Source of the DNA: Halobacteriovoraceae bacterium
GTDB lineage: Bacteria; Bdellovibrionota; Bacteriovoracia; Bacteriovoracales; Bacteriovoracaceae
Length of the DNA stretch: 64,000 nt
NCBI GenBank assembly: GCA_963719505.1
Contig: CAVRCF010000001.1
Span: forward strand, 640,001-704,000
Reading direction: 5' to 3'
The notes under the pieces: generated by a model
What the model was told of the DNA's origin: nothing
The model's database searches: none
The model's input: the letters and a program-made list of their open reading frames with translations, nothing else
Part shown: positions 9,034 to 16,742 of the stretch, one piece after another
Numbering within the stretch: the stretch's first letter is position 1
Layout of the letters: each line of letters opens with the position of its first letter
Translations under genes and position numbers: made by a program

Positions 9034-10049
9034 TATATTTCCTTATTTGGAACTCCAATTAAATTTCGAAGTTTTCCAATTCTTTCTATTTCTAATTCTA
9101 CTATATCACCGGGTTGAATCCATTTATCAATTTCAAGACCACAACCTGTACCAACGGTACCACTTCCCATGAAGTCAGTCGCAAGAAGCCACTCTTCTTT
9201 TGAGGCATGGTCAATCATTTGGGCCCAAGTGAAGTGAGAGTCACCGGTGTAGCCTCGCGACCAAACTTCGTCATTAATAGTTGCCGTCATTATTAGATTT
9301 GGTTCTTTGCCTTTAAACTCATCAGCCGTTAAAATCACGGGACCAACAACCGAGCAAAAATCTTTTCCCTTCGCAGGACCAAGTCGAACGGCCATCTCCT
9401 TCTTTTGGATATCTCTGGCCGAGATGTCATTAAAAACAGTGTAGCCAAAAATATGGTCGAGTGCATTTTCTTCTTTTATATTTTTTCCGTCTTTTCCAAT
9501 CACAATCCCAAACTCTAATTCATAATCGAGTTTATTTGTGTAGCAAGGCCACGGGACTGTTTCTTCGGTTCCAATAAATCCAGTTGTTGGTCCTTTGTAG
9601 TAGGCTGGCATTTCATACCACGCAGGAGGAATTTGTTCTCCGCGCTTTTCAAAACCTTTGGCAACATGTTTTTCATGGGCGTAAAAGTCTCGGTAGCAAT
9701 TAATTTTATCGATAGGGCAACCAAGGCTTACGTATTGGTCATCCTTTAAATCAAATGAAAGATCAGCTCCATCATTTGTTTTTAAAATTCCATTTGTTGA
9801 GAATTCTTTAAAGGCATCGATAGATTCTTCTAAGATTTCAAAACTTGCTTCTTGGTATTTTTTTAAAAAATCAGAAAGAGATGGTGGGGCAACGTCATGG
9901 GCTTTTGCTTTGGCATCAAAAAAACCATCGATTTCATATTGCTTTTGCCAAATAAGATTAACGTCTATAATTGTTGTTTCATTAAAGAAAACACCAAGTC
10001 TGTTAAATTGTCCAAGCGGAGTTTGTCTCAAATAAGTACAAACTTTCAT
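9033..10049 (-). CDS. Fumarylacetoacetate hydrolase family protein
   Basis: RDFYAHEKH, LDYELE, FNDISARDIQ, GPAKGKDF, GSGTVGTGC. Confidence 0.9.
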   Translation of the reverse strand: MKVCTYLRQTPLGQFNRLGVFFNETTIIDVNLIWQKQYEIDGFFDAKAKAHDVAPPSLSDFLKKYQEASFEILEESIDAFKEFSTNGILKTNDGADLSFDLKDDQYVSLGCPIDKINCYRDFYAHEKHVAKGFEKRGEQIPPAWYEMPAYYKGPTTGFIGTEETVPWPCYTNKLDYELEFGIVIGKDGKNIKEENALDHIFGYTVFNDISARDIQKKEMAVRLGPAKGKDFCSVVGPVILTADEFKGKEPNLIMTATINDEVWSRGYTGDSHFTWAQMIDHASKEEWLLATDFMGSGTVGTGCGLEIDKWIQPGDIVELEIERIGKLRNLIGVPNKEI

Positions 10050-11172
10050 AGAACTGTACTCCTAAATTTTTTATCGTATTCTGGTAAAATTTTATCCATC
10101 GCTGTAAAAAAATGACCATCTCTTCTTTTAGTCCGATAGAAACTCTTACCCAGTCGGGCATTATTGGCTTTTAAAGGTCTAATGATGACACCATGATCAA
10201 GAAGTTTATCAAAAAGAAACATACTCGCCTCTTCTGAGCCCGTTCTGAAACAGATAAAGTTTGTCATCGACTGAATAGGCTTAAATTCTCTTTGGTCTAG
10301 AAACTTTAAAGTTTCATAATAGCGTTTTGTATTGTTTCTAATTGTTCGCTCAAGATGAGGAAAGTCTGTAAGTGCTCCTACAGCTCCTTTTTGAGCAATT
10401 AAATTTGGCTCAAAGGGAAGTTTAACTTTGTGAAGAGCTTGATGAATTCTTCATGAGCAAAACCGTATCCAACTCTTATTCCACCTAGCCCATATGCTTT
10501 AGAAAATGTTCGAAGGGTTATGACGTTGTCATAGCGGTACTTCATAGAGTCTGGATAATCCCAAGTCGACTGAGCAAACTCAAAGTATGCTTCATCTAAA
10601 ATAACAATCGTATGCTTAGGAACAAATTGCATGAGGTAGTCAAATTCAGCTTCAGTGATATAAGTACCAGTCGGATTATCAGGATTGGCAATATAGAGAA
10701 CTTTTGTGTCTTCGTTTACAGCTTTGGCAAGAGCCTTAACATCGTATCTCATATCTTCAGTTCTTGGAACTGTTACAACTTTTGCTCCCCCGGCAGTGGC
10801 AAGAATATGAAATCCAATAAAAGTTTTTTCTGCTGTTAAAACTTCATCGCCTGGTTGAATAAAAGCTCTTGCAATATAGGCCATGATTCCTTCTGAACCA
10901 TTTCCTAGAATGATATTTTCTTTTTCAACTTTATAAAGTTCGCAAAGTTTTGTTTTAAGTGCAGTAGCGTGCATGTCTGGATAGCGGTGAGAATCCCAAA
11001 GAGCATTAGTCATTTCTTTAATCGCAAAAGGACTTGGTCCTAATGGGTTTTCATTACATGCAAGCTTTGTAACCTTGGTTAGACCCTTCTCTCTCATTAC
11101 TTCTTCAATTGGTTTCCCGGCTTGATAAACTTTTAGCTTGTCTAAGTATTCGGGAATTAAACGTTTTTGCAC
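10046..11172 (-). pseudogene. hisC: HisC-family PLP aminotransferase interrupted by three frameshifts (pseudogene or local assembly errors)
   Basis: NENPLG, RYPD, NPDNPTG, DEAY, RTFSKAYGL. Missing segments ALHKVKLPFEPN... and MPDWVRVSIG reappear in other frames at ~10440, ~10162 and ~10115. GTG 11172 follows GAGGAG. Confidence 0.8.
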
Positions 11173-11341
11173 TGCGCATTCTCCTCGTGATGACGATATA
11201 AAAGATAGAATGAAACTACTTCTAATAGAGTAATTTATCAAGCAGATTAGGCCTAGATATAGTGCCTTAAGTCACTGATAATATAAACTTTTACTCTTAG
11301 AATTATCTTTTATAGTATATTTAAAAAATCAAAGGATAAAG

Positions 11342-12112
11342 ATGAGTATATTGAAAGGAAAAAAAGCGTTAATTTTTGGAGTTGCTAACGATAGAAGCAT
11401 AGCTTGGGGGATAGCCAATGAGCTAAAAAATCATGGTGCCTCTATTGCGCTTTCCTATGTTAACGATGCAATTAAGAAAAGAGTTGAGCCTTTAGCTGAA
11501 CAATTAGGTGCTGACTTTACTTTTGAAATGGATGTTGCAAATGATGATCACTACGAAAAAGTTCAAGGTTTGGTAAAGGATAAATGGGGAGACTTTGATA
11601 TTCTTGTTCACTCCGTGGCTTTTGCCGACAGAAAAGACTTAAAAGATAAATTTTTAAATACTTCAAGAGAAGGCTTTAAACTTGCCTGCGATATCTCGGC
11701 CTTCTCATTGGTCGGGCTCTCACACTCCTTAAGCCCTTTGATGAACGAAGGTGGATCCATTATGAGTATGAGTTATTATGGGTCACAAAAAGTTATCACA
11801 AATTATAACGTGATGGGGGTCGCAAAGGCTGCACTTGAGGCAAGCACAAGGTACTTGGCCAATGAACTTGGAGAGAAACAGATTAGAGTAAACTGCATCT
11901 CAGCTGGTCCGGTAAAGACTCTTGCTGCTTCCGGGGTTTCAGGCTTTAGAGAGATGTTGTCTCAAGTCGAAGAGGTCGCTCCAATGCGAAAAAATATTAC
12001 GCCAACAGATGTTGGGGGAACAGCTGTTTATCTAGCGAGTTCTCTTTCAAACGGTGTGACTGGTCAGGTTATATATGTTGATAGCGGCCTATCAATCCTT
12101 GGAGGATTTTAA
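11342..12112 (+). CDS. fabI: Enoyl-ACP reductase
   Basis: GVANDRSIAWGIA, YNVMGVAKAALE, ISAGPVKTLAASG. Confidence 0.95.
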   Translation: MSILKGKKALIFGVANDRSIAWGIANELKNHGASIALSYVNDAIKKRVEPLAEQLGADFTFEMDVANDDHYEKVQGLVKDKWGDFDILVHSVAFADRKDLKDKFLNTSREGFKLACDISAFSLVGLSHSLSPLMNEGGSIMSMSYYGSQKVITNYNVMGVAKAALEASTRYLANELGEKQIRVNCISAGPVKTLAASGVSGFREMLSQVEEVAPMRKNITPTDVGGTAVYLASSLSNGVTGQVIYVDSGLSILGGF

Positions 12113-12843
12113 TGCTAAAAGATGCTCTGGTTTCTTTTAAACCTTCCGTTCAAAATATTTTTCAAGATAAGATTAACTTTATACTTGCACTTATTCCAAT
12201 TATCATTGGTATTGTTCTCTATGTTCTTTTGGGATCTTGGGTCTTTGGAAGCTTGATGGAGCAAGGAAATGCGTGGATTGAAGGACTGACAGGTGAAGGA
12301 GCGACAGGAAGTATTTTGACTGTTATCGCTGGCATTATTCTTTCGGTTTTGTTGTATCTCATTATTAGTTGGACCTTTGTCCTTATTGTAACTGTGGTTG
12401 CAAGTCCATTTAATGATATGCTCTCAAGAAGAACAGAGAGAAAAATGAAAGGTGAGGAGCTTGAATCATTTGCAGCATCTTTTGCCATCATTGGTTCGAC
12501 TTTCTTTAAAACGATATTTACTGAAATTCAAAAAATATCATTTATTTTAGTTTTATCTTTATTGGCATTTGCGATGGGTTATATTCCCCTTTTAACTCCG
12601 ATTAGTCTTATTATTACAGTACTTCTGCTTGCCGTGGGGTTTGTTGACTATTCTTGGTCTCGCCACAACATTCCCTTTGGAATGTGTTTTAAAGATTTAA
12701 AATCAAATTTTTTAAACTATGGATTTGGAGGAGCTTTCTTTTTTGTACTCATCTCTATTCCTGTCGTCAACCTAATCGTTTCTCCTTGGGCAACGAGCTA
12801 TTTTACGATGCTTTGGGTGAAGAATAATGAACATCGCGATTAG
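12112..12843 (+). CDS. EI24/CysZ-family membrane protein
   Basis: Multiple TM helices; ASPFNDMLSRRTE, DYSWSRH, IPVVNLIV. Confidence 0.8.
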   Translation: MLKDALVSFKPSVQNIFQDKINFILALIPIIIGIVLYVLLGSWVFGSLMEQGNAWIEGLTGEGATGSILTVIAGIILSVLLYLIISWTFVLIVTVVASPFNDMLSRRTERKMKGEELESFAASFAIIGSTFFKTIFTEIQKISFILVLSLLAFAMGYIPLLTPISLIITVLLLAVGFVDYSWSRHNIPFGMCFKDLKSNFLNYGFGGAFFFVLISIPVVNLIVSPWATSYFTMLWVKNNEHRD

Positions 12844-13813
12844 AGTTCCTGACGAACTCGAACTTAAAATAGCTGTTTTTCCTTTTCTTCATGCTGTCGA
12901 TAGAGCATTGGATGAACTCATTGACGAGTCTGAGGTTTTAAACTTTCATTTAATTTCCAGTTCAGAAAGTTTAATCGCATTAAACTTTTTACCCATGAAA
13001 GCTTACTATCAAACAATACCGAAGGATGACCTTAATAATATCTTTGCCGCTCATAGAAATTTAGGGAACTTGAAACATACCAAAGTTGATATATATATCA
13101 GCATGACTGAAAATTTTGTTGATGTAATGATAGGACGAAACTTAAAGGCAAAAAAGAGGATCGGCTTCGCAAAAGGAAAAAATAGTTTCTTTTTGACTGA
13201 CAAAGTTGAAATAAAGGAGGAAGGCCACTTTGTTGAAAGATTTCAAGACTTTTTATCAAAGCTTGGTGTCGCAAAACCTAAATTAAGAAGAGTTAGCTCC
13301 CGATCATTTGATCCATTCTTTAAAGATACCGAAGAAAAACCTTATATTGTTTTGAATATTGAGACCGTTGAGGGGGCATTAAATACTCACTGGCTTGATC
13401 TAATAAAGCACTTTGAAGAACTAAAGATTGTTATTATGAGTGACGGACTCGATATAAATGACCAAAAACTTCTTCTCACTGAATTTTCAAAACGTATCAA
13501 ATCAAAAAATACAGTTGAAATTTTCGAAGCTGGGGATCTTATTGATTTTGGAAAGTTGATCTACAACTCTCAAGTTTTTGTTTCAGGAGACTCACCTTTT
13601 GTCTCTTTAGCCTCCTATTGTGGTGTACAGGTTTTTCATTTGAATAGAAGTCCAAATAAAGATAAAGATAATCGCTACTTTCTTGGGGATACAGTTGTAT
13701 GCTCTAGCGCTGATAGTTACTACCAAGATGGAGATGACTTCCACTACGGTAAATTTTTTGATGAAGTTATTGAATTTGTTGAAGCTAAAATAAAGAAAAG
13801 AGAGACTAAATGA
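12827..13813 (+). CDS. Divergent glycosyltransferase family 9 (heptosyltransferase-like)
   Basis: AKKRIGF, HFVERF, LIDFGKLI...FVSGDS...LAS layout; canonical N-terminal GD motif absent. Confidence 0.6.
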   Translation: MNIAIRVPDELELKIAVFPFLHAVDRALDELIDESEVLNFHLISSSESLIALNFLPMKAYYQTIPKDDLNNIFAAHRNLGNLKHTKVDIYISMTENFVDVMIGRNLKAKKRIGFAKGKNSFFLTDKVEIKEEGHFVERFQDFLSKLGVAKPKLRRVSSRSFDPFFKDTEEKPYIVLNIETVEGALNTHWLDLIKHFEELKIVIMSDGLDINDQKLLLTEFSKRIKSKNTVEIFEAGDLIDFGKLIYNSQVFVSGDSPFVSLASYCGVQVFHLNRSPNKDKDNRYFLGDTVVCSSADSYYQDGDDFHYGKFFDEVIEFVEAKIKKRETK

Positions 13814-14712
13814 TTTTAGAAAATATTGTTATGGTTATTGGCTTAATAGGACTTGGATCTTTAAGTAAACGAAGTGGTATTTTTCCTGAGAATACTCCCG
13901 ATGTTTTAAACAAGTTTATTTTGAATATTTCACTACCGGCCATCATCGTTATAAGTATTCCACAATTAATTTTTGATTCTAATATGCTTGTACCTGTTGC
14001 CGTTCACTGGGGAGCTTTTCTTTTTCACGTCGCTGTTTTGTACGGAGTTTGCAAACTTCTAAAATTTTCTCGATCAGTTTTTGGAGCCTTATTAATTGTT
14101 ACAACTCTTGGTAACACTGCATTCCTTGGTATTCCTATGGTTAAAACCTTCCTTGGGGTTGATGCGGTTCCTTATGCCGTATTGTATGATCAATTGGGGT
14201 CAGGAATTGGATACATTATTTTAGGGGCGTTTGTTTTACCTCGTTTTGTTGGAAAGTCTGTTGGAAATCCAAAAGAGGTTTTTATGGGGCTTTTAAAGTT
14301 CCCTCCATTTGTTGCTCTCGTCCTTGGCTTCATCTTTATGAGTGTTCCTATGCCACATGTTCTAGAAAGTTATCTAGCAGCCATTGCTAGTACTCTCATA
14401 CCTTGTGCTATGATCGCCGTGGGATTTCAAATGAAGTATCGTCTCCCCAAATCCACCCTCTATCCAATGGGGGTAGGGTTGTTTATAAAACTTTTAATAG
14501 TCCCTGTTGTGACTTGGTTTTTTGTCTCGAGCGCTGGTGGTGAATCGATTGCGGCGAAGACTTCCATTTTGCAGTCGGGGATGCCACCGATGATAACGGC
14601 TGGTGCTATGGTAATGGCAGAAAAATTAGAAATTGATTTATGTACATCCCTTGTGGGCTATGGACTCTTTTTCTCGTTTATAACTCTGAGCGCAATAAAT
14701 TTCCTGCAGTAA
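13810..14712 (+). CDS. AEC (auxin efflux carrier) family transporter
   Basis: LNKFILNISLPA, GNTAFLGIP, PPFVAL, MPP; about 10 TM helices. Confidence 0.88.
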   Translation: MILENIVMVIGLIGLGSLSKRSGIFPENTPDVLNKFILNISLPAIIVISIPQLIFDSNMLVPVAVHWGAFLFHVAVLYGVCKLLKFSRSVFGALLIVTTLGNTAFLGIPMVKTFLGVDAVPYAVLYDQLGSGIGYIILGAFVLPRFVGKSVGNPKEVFMGLLKFPPFVALVLGFIFMSVPMPHVLESYLAAIASTLIPCAMIAVGFQMKYRLPKSTLYPMGVGLFIKLLIVPVVTWFFVSSAGGESIAAKTSILQSGMPPMITAGAMVMAEKLEIDLCTSLVGYGLFFSFITLSAINFLQ

Positions 14713-14836
14713 TTCTAAGTGCTTTTCGCTGCGTTACGACTCTGTCGGGGCAATATATCTCCACTACAAACCTGGCACCTATCAGAATACAATGCTATAA
14801 AACTATTTCATCAGTCATTATGACAAGGAGATTAAT

Positions 14837-15580
14837 ATGCGTAGAATAATTACTTTAATCAGCATTCTTGCTTTAAGTTTAAGTTTAGCAAGTTGTGGAA
14901 AGAGTGGAACTAAACTTGTTACCGACATCGGAGTTGAAACTTTAGATGACGGAACTTCACAATATCTTTCAACAGACTTTGTTTTAGATATTGGTTCAAC
15001 AGAGCTACCATTTATTTCACTTCCACTTCCAAAAGATATTGGTGCTTTAAGACTTTATCGATTAAATGGACAAAATAGGATTGCCGTTGACCTCAATCTA
15101 ACTTCAGCTTTAAAGCTACCTAGAGAGCTTGGAACTCTTCCCAATGGACAGCCGATTCCTGTCGATACAAATGGTGCTGGAATTATCACTATTAAAATAG
15201 AAGGAATAAATGCAAAAGTTTATGTTGCTCAAAAAGAAGATACAACGTTAGTTGGTTTTGCAATCGCTATTAAGCAGCTTGACGGTTTAGGAGACTCAAT
15301 TGGAAATGCCGGTATTTTTCCAAGCTTTGAGTTAGGAAAAGTGAGACTTACTGCTGGAGTCTTTACTTCAGATGAAGCAAAAGAGACTGGAATTGCGGCT
15401 TTCGCAAACCTTGGAAATGTATTTGCGGGAGACAGCAAAACAATTGAACTAGCTTCAAACGTAGAGCACTTCACACCAATAAGACAGAGAAGACTTTCTA
15501 GAAGACAACAGAGAAGAGCTTACAATGCTCTTAGAAGAGTAATGTATTCTGGAGAAGAATTAATTCTTTCTGAAAAATAA
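14837..15580 (+). CDS. Hypothetical lipoprotein with Arg-rich C-terminal segment
   Basis: RBS AAGGAG; lipobox LASC; own terminator. Confidence 0.8.
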   Translation: MRRIITLISILALSLSLASCGKSGTKLVTDIGVETLDDGTSQYLSTDFVLDIGSTELPFISLPLPKDIGALRLYRLNGQNRIAVDLNLTSALKLPRELGTLPNGQPIPVDTNGAGIITIKIEGINAKVYVAQKEDTTLVGFAIAIKQLDGLGDSIGNAGIFPSFELGKVRLTAGVFTSDEAKETGIAAFANLGNVFAGDSKTIELASNVEHFTPIRQRRLSRRQQRRAYNALRRVMYSGEELILSEK

Positions 15581-15604
15581 ATAAAAGCCAATTTAGAATT
15601 TGAT

Positions 15605-15635
15605 AGAGCCCGGATTAATTTCCGGGCTTTTTTTT
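15605..15635 (+). terminator. Intrinsic terminator between convergent genes
   Basis: AGAGCCCGGA-ttaatt-TCCGGGCTTT followed by T run. Confidence 0.85.
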
Positions 15636-16239
15636 AGTAATTTCTGATAAATCTACAGACGTTCACTGTCGCCAGTTGGCCGAAACGGGTATAACCACTG
15701 ACTGGTATACACTGCCCAATTTCTTTGCAGTCGTTATTAAAAGTACATTGCCTTCCGTTATGAACACATCTGTTAAAATCACATCTTGTTTCTCTTTCAC
15801 AAATTTGACTGAGGGGACACTCCATAGAGCCATTTAAAGTAATGAGTTCTTTTTTAAGATTTTTTATAGCTTCAGCTTTTCTTTTGTTTTGCTCAAAGAC
15901 TTCAATGCCTAGTTTATTGCCTTTTTGAAACTCAATACTTTTTTGGTTGCAGTACAAGTGTTCCGTACCAGAGTCTAAACCTAGTTTATAACCATTTTGG
16001 TAAGTACAATAAAGTTTTAGTCCTTCGTCATAGCCACTAAGATATTTTTCTCTTTCCATGGTAATTCCATGCTCCGAGCAATCTTTTTGATACTTTGAAT
16101 CTTGGGGGGTGACTTTTCCTCTCAGGGCATCACTTTTGCCTCTTTCAAGCCAATTGGTTGTCTGACATTCTTCTTTTGATAGGCTGCTGCAACTAGCAAT
16201 ACCAAAAACTAGAAATGAGATAAGGAGTAGGTGTTTCAT
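15634..16239 (-). CDS. DUF2799-like lipoprotein with Cys-rich C-terminus
   Basis: IASCSSLSKEEC...NW...G..DA..G, Y..GY.EGL..YC. Confidence 0.8.
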   Translation of the reverse strand: MKHLLLISFLVFGIASCSSLSKEECQTTNWLERGKSDALRGKVTPQDSKYQKDCSEHGITMEREKYLSGYDEGLKLYCTYQNGYKLGLDSGTEHLYCNQKSIEFQKGNKLGIEVFEQNKRKAEAIKNLKKELITLNGSMECPLSQICERETRCDFNRCVHNGRQCTFNNDCKEIGQCIPVSGYTRFGQLATVNVCRFIRNY

Positions 16240-16253
16240 ATTTCCTCTTTTAT

Positions 16254-16742
16254 TTATTTTTTTAAATCACAAACTTTTACTCTTACAACATCAGAAAAAC
16301 TTGTGACGTCTTGTTTGTATTGGCATCTTTTACCATCGGTGCATTTAATTGATGTGATACATTTTTTTCCATAGCGCTTCAGCAGGTCATTCTTGGCTTT
16401 TCTTTTAAGATAATCTCTCAATGCTTTTTTATATGTACTCTCGAAGGTGGTACTTATTTCTTCGCAGGCTTTGTGCGGCTCTTTTCCAGAGGAGCCTAGC
16501 ATTTTAGCATTTTCGTCTGAGCAATATGTTTTTAGACCCTCTTCAAAACCTTTGAGATAGTCGAAACTTCTTATTTTAACATTTTGAGAATAACAGGCAT
16601 CACGATACTCTTTCGTTTTTGGCTTACGAATGCCATTTTGAGCATCAGCAAGACCTTTGATAAACCAATTTGCTTCTTTGCACTCTTTTCGACTGAGGGA
16701 GCTACAAGAGGCAAACAGAAAAAAAAGAAAGAAGTACCTCAT
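16254..16742 (-). CDS. DUF2799-like lipoprotein (tandem paralog)
   Basis: FASCSSLSRKEC..ANW...G..DA..G, YLKGFEEGLKTYC; start overlaps valS stop. Confidence 0.8.
   Translation of the reverse strand: MRYFFLFFLFASCSSLSRKECKEANWFIKGLADAQNGIRKPKTKEYRDACYSQNVKIRSFDYLKGFEEGLKTYCSDENAKMLGSSGKEPHKACEEISTTFESTYKKALRDYLKRKAKNDLLKRYGKKCITSIKCTDGKRCQYKQDVTSFSDVVRVKVCDLKK

Noticed and set aside
10100-10450. Programmed ribosomal frameshifting in hisC
   Set aside because: Three separate shifts would be needed and no canonical slippery heptamer is present at the sites
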